In this document: piece after piece, positions 12,557-25,819 of the stretch
Layout of the letters: the number at the start of each line of letters is the position of its first letter
Numbering within the stretch: position 1 is the stretch's first letter
Assembly: GCF_000485595.1 (NCBI RefSeq)
Contig: NW_014577074.1
Location: 801,902 to 865,901 of the forward strand
Source of the DNA: Priapulus caudatus
Taxonomy: Eukaryota
Direction of reading: 5' to 3'
DNA: 64,000 nt
Program-made: the position numbers and the translations under genes
The notes under the pieces: generated by a model
What the model saw: the letters and a program-made list of their open reading frames with translations, nothing else
What the model was told of the DNA's origin: nothing
Databases searched by the model: none

Positions 12557-15470
12557 ATTATTAACTCCTGATATAATATATATATATATATAGTACAGAT
12601 ATATATTAGTGATATAGTAATATATATTGATAGTATATAAGCTAACTAGTGTTTACAACTGCAACACTGATGAATGATGTTGGCGGCTAATTGTGAGTCG
12701 AGAATGTTTTATTTGCTAATCCACAGGACATCATTGACTCGGGCAATCACATGCACTACATACACTACAACTCCTAGCTTAGACACACACTACGCAGTTC
12801 AGATGTTTATTCACGCGTCACTATTTTCGGTAAGGTTGCGAGTGTAGCTTTACGAAACGGCTACTATTGAGTTGTGTTACACGATCTATGACGATAGCTG
12901 TGACTTCTTTTTGCTGGACACCTTTCGATGATTGTCGTAGCTAGTGCAGAGTAGAATATAATGTGTTCTTAACACAGGTCTAGTCTTAAACGTGCGATAG
13001 GCGCTATGCCTTCATGCTCATATTAGGCAGTTGGCAAGCGCAGCCGCTTTACTGTACGCTACCACGCACACGACTTGCTTGCTGTGCGATTTACAGCCTT
13101 ACAGCCATGACATACTGCAATCCGCATCCCAGCAGATGAAGACCCTTGTGTAATGAGGTGGATGTGGCCGATCTCAAGTATAGCTATTGCTATGTTGAGA
13201 TCTCGTCCCGCACAGATTACTCGATAAATTCACACTTCTCAACTGCTTACATCTAGTTTCAACACAAGCCACAGCCAATGCATGTGCCTATGAACATTCT
13301 GCCGAGCCTAATTACGCCTAGCCTAATCAATTATACCTTGTACTACTTATATATTTACCTAATATGTTACTTAGGCCAAATATATTGTGTCAGCATGGCA
13401 ATATTGTGCAATCAAAATATTTCACAACTGCCTAGTATAATATAAAATTTTAGACAAGTTTGCTTGAAAAGGAAGAAGGATGACGCCGTCTAGATTCTTT
13501 TTGGAGGAATGCAACACAGTGAACACTTCCAAATAACTACTGATATAGCAACCAGGTTTTATTCTGGGCATTTTGGTCTCATCCCTGATGAATTTATTTT
13601 TGTACAAAATTTACCTGCTTTGCAGTTTTAGGCCCGATATAGAGCCTGCGGCCAGTAAAAACATGAGGTTATCTGGTGAATTTAGGGCTAAATAATAGGT
13701 GTTGATAGGAAAAAATCGGTAGTCATTGTTGCAAATACGGCAATATTCTAACTTTAATCTGTGAATAAATGTAAACCTTGTATTGTGTTGTAGTGGCTCG
13801 ATAGTCAGGACAATTGCGTGGTCACATAGAAACCTTTTGACAACGCCAGCGACTGTACGAGACTTTCTTGTCAGACTAGAGAAGCTATGTGATTTATATT
13901 AGTACTGAGTAGAAGTACGAAGAGTGTAAGCTTCATGAATCAACAAGACTTGAATCGTTAAATTATTGATTTTATCACAGAGCTGTCGCTGCGATATAGG
14001 ATCTATACTACTCAAACACCACAGTTCCAAGGTGACCAAAGTTCCTTCTTCCCTGATTGCAAACAAAATTATATAGTCCAATTTATGATTAGATAGAGCA
14101 AGGCACTAGTATACTCAGTACCAGTGGCCTTTACACTCTGGTAGGATAAATGGGCACACTTATAGAGTGTAAATGTGATCGCAGAATATTGAGAGTGGAA
14201 ACTGTGAACCCCTTGTAGCGGAGATAGCTACCGTGCTGCCAGTGTAACCATAGAAAGCTGGGATCTGAATGAGAATTACCAAAACAGTCAGTGAAGTCGC
14301 TGCTGCTTACACACCGACAGCTTATTCATTTGGGCCTGCAGCATCCACGTTGAAAAATTATCTTTGCGATTCGCAACGTCTTGCCTAGTATAAATAGACA
14401 GGTGAGCACGGAAATAAGCAGCATCGCAGAAAGATGTAAGTGGTGTGACTGCCGGCCATTGATGAATTATTCATACAGATATTGCTGTACAAATAGTAGA
14501 TATGATTCAGACCACTGAAAGCGGGGACAATTAATGTTTTTTGGATTTGGCGGTCCGTATATATAATTTGTAATATATTAGAGTGTACTTCGTAACTATA
14601 TCTATATATAATATCTTTTATTTTGGTTCTTGCTTTAAACCCTGCCTTTAATTTTGGCCTTGGAAACACTACAAGGCTACATAAAAAACCTGTATAACAT
14701 CTGCGTGAGACATTCATTCGCTACCCTACAAATATTATATCATAGGCTTTCAGCAAGGCTACATAATATTTCCATTGCACCAGTAACTAGTACAATGCAA
14801 CTATATTAGCTAAAAATTATGTAATCTGTATCATGACATTTGTTTCCCCTGGCCAAAAGCGTCTGTGAGGTGGAAATGTTTTTCGTTATGGTGTTTGCGC
14901 GTTCTCGGATGGTGTAGGCAAAGCGAGCAGTGCAGGTGCATGGCCAAGCAACAATTTGAAAATTGGTTGCAATTTGTGTGCATTCATTTAAGATATTCTG
15001 GAACACATTGTATGAGGACGTATATGCTTTACCGAACATGCATGCCTGTACCAATCATTACAATTATATCTATTGTTATGTTATTATGTTGTGTATATAT
15101 AGTTACACCTATTATAGTATACCTATATCATATATATGTTATATACTTACATTATATGTTTAATTAGTATATTCATTAATATATTTTGCAAATACTATAC
15201 ACAACAATCTTATTGGCAGCAGTTGTAGCTTGTACACAAATGTTCATATATCTGAATTTATTGTACTTGAATCACCTGTTTGTTACGATGTAGTTGTACC
15301 TGAGCCGTTTTTTTCCAAAATTCTAGTTATGCAGAAATATGAAGACTAGTTTGTCATTTTCATTTTTATTACTTACAGCAGGACGCCACTTTATTTACTC
15401 AGCAAGTAGGAGTCAACGATATCACGATAGACAATCTCGACCGATCTTACCTTGTGGCGCGGGGGAAATT
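12557..15470 (+). repeat. Very noisy copy of ~16820-19430
   Basis: Colinear with a high insertion rate, typical of an uncorrected long read; starts at a 25-N gap. Confidence 0.85.
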
Positions 15471-15479
15471 GTGTCTCAC

Positions 15480-15745
15480 CTTAAGTTAAGGAGGGAATGT
15501 TCCCCCTTCTTTTACACCTCTTGACCTTTGACCTTTGACCCCCAGCTTCGACATCCCAACTCGTTTTCGGATTCCCCCCCCACCCACGTCCCGAGTATCG
15601 TGACCATACGTCGAGCCGTTTAGATTTGTGCCCAACTGTTGACGGACGCACGGACGGCCGGACGCACGGACGGCCGGACGGCCGGACGCACGGACAATCA
15701 TGCGATTCTACAAGCTGCATCTGACTATGTCAGATGAGCTAAAAA
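15480..15745 (+). mobile_element. HINE-like element 3' end
   Basis: GACCTTT repeats, (GGAC)n-type microsatellite, hairpin CATCTGAC-TAT-GTCAGATG then AGCTAAAAA. Confidence 0.6.
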
Positions 15746-15834
15746 TGTGACGCATTAAACAATGATTTCAATAACAATACTCAAGCAAATCGTTTTTAAA
15801 TGGATGGAATATCATGACAAGTGCCACCTTGCAC

Positions 15835-16815
15835 GGTACATACACGATTTAACAAGAATTTTTGGACGCAATTGTGACATATCAAAAATCATTTTTGATA
15901 AAACCATGTTTACAATTACACATGGTATCCCTCTAAACATTGTACACATAAGAAATCATCATGCACAAGCTGTAACACACAGAGAGTAAATGTTCCTCAT
16001 AATTGTTCTGTTAAGATTTTCATAGCTTAATCATTACAAACTGACATTTATGGAATGCATCGCATAGATGAATACTCACAATCAATATAAAGATTCATTA
16101 ATATGAGGTTTAACTTGGCGAAATTTCTGCAAAGTATTTATGCAAAGGTGCATTCAATATACCATACACAAATACATAAATAAATAAATAAATAAATAAA
16201 TGTGTGCATGTGCGTGTGCACGCAAAGGTCACACAGCAAGACTGTATGCTGCATATATTGAATGCTACAACAATATTCATCAACCACTGTGGTCAGTTTC
16301 TGAGGTATAATGCAGTGTTATGCAGAAATATGTTCTTCACTGATTTTCATAGAATGCATGTAACCAAGCAGTACTCAAAGGCAACTAAAATACTACTTTC
16401 CATAGTGCGACAGAAGATACCAGCAAATACAGGTCAGTACCAGTGCCGAATATCAAGTGCAAACTAATTTTACACTGTCTTCTCACCATGAAGAATGAAA
16501 CACACACCGGGCCACAGACCAGAAGCTACCCAGACGTCCGATTGGCTCCACTGCTGCTTTGGATGTGTTTACTTGTTGCAATATATTCCAAATGAGTGGA
16601 TCTGTCAACAGACCGGCTCATACACCTACTTCAGAGAGCAATATACATGGCATAGCATCTAAACAGGGACACTATAAAGGCTTAAATGACTTCACATAAT
16701 CGTGGATGTTTACATTGTTCTTATCCAAGTGAAATGCTCAAAAAAGCATACTTCAATAGTAAATACGAAACAAGTGCCGCAGAGCGACAGCGCTCAACTG
16801 ATGTGTACTGTAGCC
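15835..16815 (+). repeat. Segment duplicated at 23696-24680
   Basis: Near-identical colinear sequence. Confidence 0.9.
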
Positions 16816-19800
16816 GGCTAATTATATATATATATAATATATATATATATATGCTAACTAGTGTTTACAAACTGAACACTATGAATGATGTGGGCAGGCT
16901 AATGCTGGTGAGAATGTTTATTTGCTAATCCACAGGACATCCACTTGACCTCGGGCAATCACATGCACTACATACACTACAACTCCTAGCTACACACACA
17001 CTACGCAGTTCAGATGTTTATTCACGCCTCACTATTTTCAATTGCATACTTACAAACGCTACATTGACGTGTGTATACAGATCTATTACAAGCTACAATC
17101 ACGACACCTTTCATGATTCAAGCATGAAAAAATATCAATGTTTCTACACAGGGTCAGTCTAACGTGCGAAGGCAGAGGCAAGTGGCAAGCGCAGGTTTAC
17201 TGTACGTACACGCACACAGCTTGCTGCTGTGCGATACAGCCTTACAGCCATGACAACTGCATCCGCATCCCAGCAGATGAAGACCTGTGTAATGAGGCTG
17301 GAGCCATCAATACTGCTATAATCCTCCCGGCACAGATACTCGATAAACTCACACTTCTCAACCTGTACCATTCTAGTTCAACACAAGCACAGCCAATAGC
17401 AGTGCATGAACATCGCAGCCAATACGCTAGCTACATCAATTACTACCTTGACTACTTATATATTTACTAATATTATACTATGCCAAAATATATGGTTCAG
17501 CATGCAATTCAAAATATTTCACAACTGTATTATAATATAAATTTAGACAATTGTTGAAAAGGGAAAAGGATGACCGTCTAGATTATTTTCTGGAGGAATG
17601 CAACACAGTGAACACTTCCAAATAACTACTGAATAGCAACCAGGTTTTTATCTGGGCAATTTTGTCTCATCCCTGATAATTTATTTTGTACAAAATTTAC
17701 CTGTTTGCGAGTTTTAGGCCCGATATGATCAGCCTGCGGCCCAGTAAAAACATGAGGTTTCTGTGAATTACTAAATAATAGTTTTGATAGAAAAAAATGG
17801 TAGTCATTGTGCAAATACGGCAAATATCTACTCTTAATTTTAAAAATGTAACCTCTATTTGGGTTGTGAGTGGCTCCGATAGTCAGGACCAAATCTGTTC
17901 CACATAAAACCTTGACAATGCCAACGACTTACGACGACTTTCTTTCAACTAGAGAACTCTTGATTTATATATATATATATATTATATATACAAGTGCAGC
18001 TTCATGAATCAACAAGTTGAATCGTAAATGATGCATTTATCACAGAGCTGTGCCTGGATAATAGGATCACTACTCAACACCAAGTCCAGTGACCAAGTCC
18101 TCTTCCCTGATTGCAACAAAATTATATATCAATTATGAATTAGATAGAGCAAGCACAGTATACTCAGTGACCAGTGGCCTTTACACTCTGGTAGATAAAT
18201 GGGCACTATAGATGTAAATGTGATCCAACTACTGAGAGTGAAACATGTAGAACCCCTGTAGCAGGAGATAGCTAACCGTGCTGCAGTGTAACCATAGAAA
18301 GCTGGGATCTGATGAGAATTTACCAAACAGTCAGTGAAGTGCTGCTGCTACACACCGACAGCTATTCATTGGGCCTGCAGATCCACGTGAAAAATTATCT
18401 TTTGGATTCCAACGTCTGCCTTATAAATAGACAGTGAGCAGGAAAATAAGCAGATCTGCAGAAAGAGTCAAGTTGGTGTGACTGCCGGCATGATGAATTA
18501 TCACGATATCTGCTGTACAATACCGTAGAATATGATTCAGACCACTGAAAGCGGGACAATTAATGTTTTTGGATTTGGGGTCACGTATATATATTTGTAA
18601 TATATAGATGTATGTACTAACTATATTATATATAATATCTTTTATGGTTTGCTTTCTGCTTTAATTTTGGCCCTTGGAACACTACAAGGCTACATTAAAA
18701 CCTGTATAACATTCGCGTGAGACCATCATCCTACCCTACAAATTATACTCATCAGCTTTCACAAGGTACAGTAATATCCCATTGCAACCAGTAAAGTACC
18801 AATGCAACTTAATAATTAGTAAAAATTATATATCTGTATCATGCATTGTTTCCCCTGGCCAAAAAGGTCTGTGAGGTGGAAAATGTTTTTCGTTATGTGT
18901 TTGCGCGTTTCGAGGTCGTAGCAAAGCGAGCAGTGCAGGTGCCGGCCAAGCAACATTTTGAAAAAATGGTGCAATTTGGTGCATTCTTTAAGCTATTCTG
19001 AACACATTGTATGAGACTATATGTTATACTAACATGCATACACTGTTACATATCATTACAATTATATCTATGTTATGTATATATATGTGTATATATATAG
19101 TTACACCTATATAGTTAACTATATATATATATGTTATATTACGTTACATTATATTTACCATTAGTATAATTCATTATATATTTGCAAATATATACACACA
19201 AATCTTATGCAGCATGTAGCTGTAACACAATGTTCATATATCTGAATTTATTGACTTGATCACCTGTTTGTTACGTGTAGTTGTACCTGAGCCGTTTTTT
19301 CCAAAATTTCAGTTATGGCAAAATATGAAAGATAGTTTCATTTCATTTTTATACTACAGCAGGCACCCACTTTATTTACTCAACAAAGTAGAGTCAAAAT
19401 TCACATAGACAATCTCGACCCTTACCTGTGGGGGGGGGGTGCACGCATGTGTGAACCTATACTTGGCTCCTTCAATAGCAACCACAGTGTTCAACATTTC
19501 CTTACCAGGCAGTTGAATTATGATTAACCTACCTATGCACCTAACAAAGTAGTACCACCCCGATCTAAACTGTCAGAGTACAGTGCTGCAAGCATGTAGT
19601 TATGTGTTTTCTTGAGCGATTAAATATTATATAGTTCGCAAGTGATGTATTCTTGTTATAATAAAGCAAAAGAAGAGTTTATGTGAAACCCAGGCAGTAT
19701 CGTGGGTACTAATGGCAAAAGGCAAAGCTGAACTTCCAAGTGAGACAAGCAAAAAATTTCCATTAACATTTGCACATAGCACAAGTGTAAGTGGTGTAAA

Positions 19801-21243
19801 TTATGAATGTTCAGTTACGTACCATTTCATCAGGGATTTCTTAACATGGTCAGAGTACGACTCCCTCATGAATTTACATATACTCAAATTAAAATATTCA
19901 TAATTCATCTATGATACATACCTGTTATACCACCATATAAAATTCGAAAGCACATCTGACATCTGTACATTCCACACCTTTCGTTAAAACATGGGTGTCA
20001 CCGTGCATGAAGGAAAATACAGATCCTATACCACTGCAATGAAGCTGACACACAAAACTAATTCGTACGTGTCAGACCGTAGAACAAGTATTGGATATTC
20101 CGATGCCCTGATATTTGGGCAGCGATTTTTATGTGCGGTTCTAGAAAAGCATAGTTACTCAACTCATTGTCACTTATCACAGAGTAACAATTGTGCACAG
20201 AAAAACGTAGTACTTACATATTTTGCTTTGCCATTTTGCTTGGCCACTAATATTTACAGCTCACATAACTACGAAATGCTTCATTTGGTATATCTACTTG
20301 ACGACAAAATAATGTAAGAATTACTTTTTCGCTCAAACCTCACGTTAATAAAGGGTACAACAGTTACTGCGCAAAATGAATTGTCTAAGTATGTTAAACC
20401 ACCTAAAGATCAGACACTTTGTGCAAGTACTTTGAACTAATTTCAGTTATTGTGGCAGACCCTGGGTTGCAGAGCATAGTCTAGCATAGCTCTAGTACTA
20501 TAGCCCACGTACAGTTGCCGCAGGCCTGCGACAACTGTACGCGGGCTATAGTACTAGTTAGAGCTAAGTCTAGCATTGCAATGGTGGGTCAATCATTTAT
20601 CATGAAGAGGAGGGGGAGCATACACATTATCACACAAGCATTACATATACCATCGAAATAATATAGTAGTTAGCCTCTCTATACATATTTTTGGACACAT
20701 GTATGCACGGAAATCTCCTACCACATACACCTAATAATAGGTATTATATAAGTGTAAATGGTTATATTTCTGCCATGAATACTGGGAGCGAATGGAAACC
20801 AATATCAAAATCAAACTAGCATCTAGGTGAAAAATATATTATTATTAATATACCTAATAAATCATCAATTCTCGCATGATTTTAATTATTTGTGACTTCT
20901 GTTTTTGGCACTTCTTCCACGCCTGTTAGTGACTGTTACAAAGATCCACTGCATCTTTCACAGTGAGTAAGAGTTCAAATGTATACAAATTACAACTAAT
21001 AATACTAATAGTAATATTATTACTAGTACTACTACTAGTGCGTGTACTATGTGATATGACTGAACTAGAGAGTACAGTACAAATGCATAATTTTCTTCCA
21101 AAAATGAATCCGATTCTTGGTTCTGCCGGTGAGGGTAGCATACACAATACCCATCATAACCTTGTTACACAGCTATATTATTGAAAAAATTGGGTAAATG
21201 CTTGAAAAAATGATCGACAACTGATGCAAACGAACGCGCCTAC

Positions 21244-21418
21244 CTTCACAGATGTATCCCTGTCCGATGAGGCCCCACAGAAGATCTGTGCAGTGGTGAC
21301 AATATGTTGGCTTGTGAAAAGTCTTTTTAGTGAAGAAATGTCCATGTCCATGCTCCAAATCTTGTGGCGGCTCCATCTCCGCGCTAGCTCTAATGCTATC
21401 CAGGTCGTAGGCCGCCAT
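21244..21418 (-). CDS. DGKQ: Diacylglycerol kinase theta-like (DGKQ/dgk-1) first coding exon, N-terminal part of C1 domain
   Basis: MAAYDLDSIRASAEMEPPQDLEHGHGHFFTKKTFHKPTYCHHCTDLLWGLIGQGYICE then phase-1 donor G|GTAGGC. The C1 motif resembles invertebrate DGK-theta; downstream exons not found in window. Confidence 0.75.
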
Positions 21419-24400
21419 ATTCACTGTCGCTCCTGTCGCCTCCAGCTTGTTGTCACATTGGTTTTACCCGCTGGTACAAGGTATGCACGGTAGGATCACA
21501 CACTATTAACCGATGCACATCAATGAGAAGGTGTCTATTGATATCTCGACCATTCCACTGAACATTTGAAACGATCAAGGGGTTATTTCCACAGGCTTTT
21601 CATCCTGATCAGTCACAGAAGTGAATGCTACCGTAGCGCTCCTCTTCCGCGCGAAAGCGAGGCTTTACATTCACAACTCCAAACATTTTCATGGCGCCAT
21701 CTACAGGTAGAAGCAGCATAAAAACGAAATGCAATCCTAAAGCCTGCTTTCTTTAGCATGCTGAAATCAAGCTCTCTAGGACCTACCATAAGGAAATATG
21801 CCATTATTCAAAATATAATAGTAGAAAGGTCAATTATATTGGTGAGTCGGTGACTCCTAGTATGAGTAAACCTTCTAACTTAATTTGGCTCTAGCTGAAC
21901 ACTTACTTAATAATATCAAACGATTTACACTACAAGATGAGAATGTACGCACCATTGCATGACCGGTTAAAACTACAAATTTGTATATTTCAATAGTTAG
22001 TGCTGATAGTAGTGTAATTGTTAGAATCCAGATGAGACGGGATACCAGAGAAGTGTTGCCGAAAGGAGGTGTTGATCCTAACCGCTGAGCGTGGATCTTG
22101 CGCGCAGTTCCGCAGCAAGGCGCACGCCACAGCGGGAACTTCCTACGAAAGTATACAGCGCTGCTGGCAGCTATGGATCCCGTGCGCCGAATGCATAGGT
22201 CGGCGCACGGATCCATAGCTGCCAGCAAACAGTCCGGAATTTTAGCGGGGGCACAGAGGGCAGACATTTGGGACATGGGAGGAACTCGCGACTTAGATGG
22301 GGGGTGGTACGGATAGGGGGGCGAGAGCGAAGCTTTTGATTTCGCCGTGGCTCCGTTTCCGTGCGGTCTTAGGCGTTTTCACTATAAGTTGCAAACATAA
22401 AAAGTTCCAAACATAATAAAAATCGGACCGTCATTTAATGGAAAATTTGATAAAATATATGAAATAGATGAATGATGTGTGATTTGAATAAATCAAAGAC
22501 TGAATAGATTGAATAGTTATTTTATTTGCACTATTACAGTGCAGTACAATTGTTTACAAATCGACAGAGGTAGACTCTGCTCTCATCAAAATATCACAGA
22601 TTCTTCCAATTATAGTGTCAATAGACAAAAATTAATTATATTGTTGTAAATATAATCTATACTATAAATAACAAGTGCCGCGGAGCGACAGCGCTCATCT
22701 CACGTCTACTGCGGTGACTCTGTGGTGGAGTGGTGGGATTCTAGTAAACCCTGTTAGTCCCAAATGTGTTCACATACGCGCCGAAACAGTGGAAGGCACA
22801 GGGATGGTATCAGGAACCTTCTCGAAGAAATGTTCGTTGGGATCGTTATGAAAGTTGCCACGAGATGGCGTGTACGTTTAAGTGTCTTAAGATTAAAGAT
22901 GGAAGCTCCCATCGTACGTAGTAGCAACAACTATTTGCTAGACAGAATAGGTAAGCACTCATCCATTTACCTACGCAAGCCTACAGGATGAAATAGAGAG
23001 ATGCCACCTGTAACTAATTAACGTAGGCAAAAACTACACAGTACTATCACCACCACATGCACTGGCAGTGGCATNNNNNNNNNNNNNNNNNNNNNNNNNN
23101 NNNNNNNNNNNNNNNNNNNNNNNNNNNNNNNNNNNNNNNNNNNNNNNNNNNNNNNNNNNNNNNNNNNNNNNNNNNNNNNNNNNNNNNNNNNNNNNNNNNN
23201 NNNNNNNNNNNNNNNNNNNNNNNNNNNNNNNNNNNNNNNNNNNNNNNNNNNNNNNNNNNNNNNNNNNNNNNNNNNNNNNNNNNNNNNNNNNNNNNNNNNN
23301 NNNNNNNNNNNNNNNNNNNNNNNNNNNNNNNNNNNNNNNNNNNNNNNNNNNNNNNNNNNNNNNNNNNNNNNNNNNNNNNNNNNNNNNNNNNNNNNNNNNN
23401 NNNNNNNNNNNNNNNNNNNNNNNNNNNNNNNNNNNNNNNNNNNNNNNNNNNNNNNNNNNNNNNNNNNNNNNNNNNNNNNNNNNNNNNNNNNNNNNNNNNN
23501 NNNNNNNNNNNNNNNNNNNNNNNNNNNNNNNNNNNNNNNNNNNNNNNNNNNNNNNNNNNNNNNNNNNNNNNNNNNNNNNNNNNNNNNNNNNNNNNNNNNN
23601 NNNNNNNNNNNNNNNNNNNNNNNNNNNNNNNNNNNNNNNNNNNNNNNNNNNNNNNNNNNNNNNNNNNNNNNNNNNNNNNNNNNNNNNNNNNNNNNCATAC
23701 ACGATTTAGACAGATTTTTTGGACGCATTGTGACATATCAAAAATCATTTTTGGATAAACCATGTTTACAATTACACATGGTATCCCTCTAAACATTGTA
23801 CACATAAGAATCATCATGCACAAGCTGTAACCACACAGAGAAGTAAATGTTCCTCATAATTGTTCTGTTAAGATTTTCATAGCTTAATCACTTACAAAAC
23901 TGACATTTATGGAATGCATCGCATAGATGGAATATACTCGACAATCAATATAAAGATTCATTAATATGAGGTTTAACTTGGCGAAATTTCTGCAAAGTAT
24001 TTATGCAAAGGTGGCATTCAATATACCATACACAAAATACTAAATAAATAAATAATAAATAAATGTGTGCATGTGCGTGTGCCGCAAAGGTCACACAGCA
24101 AGACTGTATGCTGCATATATTGAATGCTACAACAATATTCATCAACCACTGTGGTCAGTTTCTGAGGTATAATGCAGTGTTATGCAGAAATATGTTCTTC
24201 ACTGATTTTCATAGAATGCATGTAACCAAGCAGTACTCAAGAGGCAACTAAAATACTACTTTCCATAGTGCGACAGAAGATACCAGCAAATACAGGTCAG
24301 TACCAGTGCCGAATATCAAGTGCAAACTAATTTTACACTGTCTTCTCACCATGAGAATGAAACACACACCGGGCCACAGACCAGAAGCTACCACAGACGT

Positions 24401-24630
24401 CCGATTGGCCTCCACTGCTGGCTTTGGATGTGTTTACTTGTTGCAATATATTCCAAATGAGTGGATCTGTCACGACCGGCTCATACACCTACTTCAGAGA
24501 GCAATATACATGCATAGCATCTAAACAGGGAACACTATAAAGGCTTAAATGACTTCACATAATCGTGGATGTTTACATTGTTCTTATCCAAGTGAAATGC
24601 TCAAAAAAGCATACTTCAATAGTAAATAGA

Positions 24631-25518
24631 AACAAGTGCCGCAGAGCAACAGCGCTCAACGTGACGTGTACTGTAGCCGGCTATTCTCTAATAAACTCAC
24701 TGGCAACCGAATCAAGTGCGCCCTCCCGCCACCACGTTGATAGGCTTTGCTATACGCGGTATACAGTAATAATATATAGCTGTGTCGGCTTTAATGACTT
24801 CGCTATATTAACGTTATCATGGATATGCGTCGAGCGCGAGCGTAGTGGTGTGGTGGGGGAGGTGCGGGTAAGGGGGGGGAGGGGCGGGTAAAGGGGGCTC
24901 TAATATCAAAAGCAGTTCAGTCCTTTGTTAACAGTCAACAAATCCATGTTTAACTCTCCTCTTGGGGTTCAAAAGATTATCAGACACTTACTCTTCGCAC
25001 GTCAGTGGAAAGCAAATTTCATGGTCCTTTCAATAAAGCCATAAAAATGGTAGGTCACCGCTAGAAACAAAAAAGTTTTTCAATCGCTCCGTCAGACCAT
25101 GTCCTCAGAAAATGTCTAAAATCTGCCCTGTGCCCCCATTGACCTTTGACCTGTGACCTCCAATTTCGGCACAGTGATGGCTTTTCCTACCTTGATGCTA
25201 TACACCGACTATCATGAGCCTAGATCGAGCCGTTTAGATTTGTGCCGCAATTCTGCATTTCCTCCCTATACCTTAAGTTAAGGAGGGAATGTTCCCCCTT
25301 CTTTTACACCTCTTGACCTTTGACCTTTGACCCCCAGCTGCGACATCCGAACACGTTTTCGGATTCCCCCCCCCCACGACAACCACCAACCCACGTCCCA
25401 AACATCGTGACTGTACGTCGAGCTGTTAAGATTTGTGCCCAACTGTTGACGGACGCACGGACGGACGCACGCTCATGCGATTCTACAAGCTGCATCTGAC
25501 TATGTCAGATGAGCTAAC
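24631..25518 (+). mobile_element. HINE-like non-autonomous Helentron, apparently complete
   Basis: 5' AACAAGTGCCGCAGAGCAACAGCGCTCA; internal GACCTTTGACCT repeats; GGAC microsatellite; terminal hairpin CATCTGACTATGTCAGATG-AGCTAA. Confidence 0.6.
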
Positions 25519-25819
25519 AAATACTGTTAAGTGTGTGAAGACCTCTATCCTACAGGTCCTTCATATATCACAATGATGCAAGAGAGAGGGATGCATGTAC
25601 TGTATTTGTCTGATGGAATTGCCATAAAAATAAGCAATGCCTATCACCTCATTTGTTCATACCTAGCCTATTTACATAATAGTCTTTCTACAAGTCAGCC
25701 TATATTCACTAATTCTTGCTTAAAACCTTCTATATGCAAAATTGTACAGTTTATGACTGGCAAGTGATATGAAAGCACTAATGGCTTTAGGCAACAAAAA
25801 TGAAACACCTATCTCACAA

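Noticed and set aside
23018..23823. Long ORFs of X residues (also 60143-60980)
   Set aside because: They span N-gaps.
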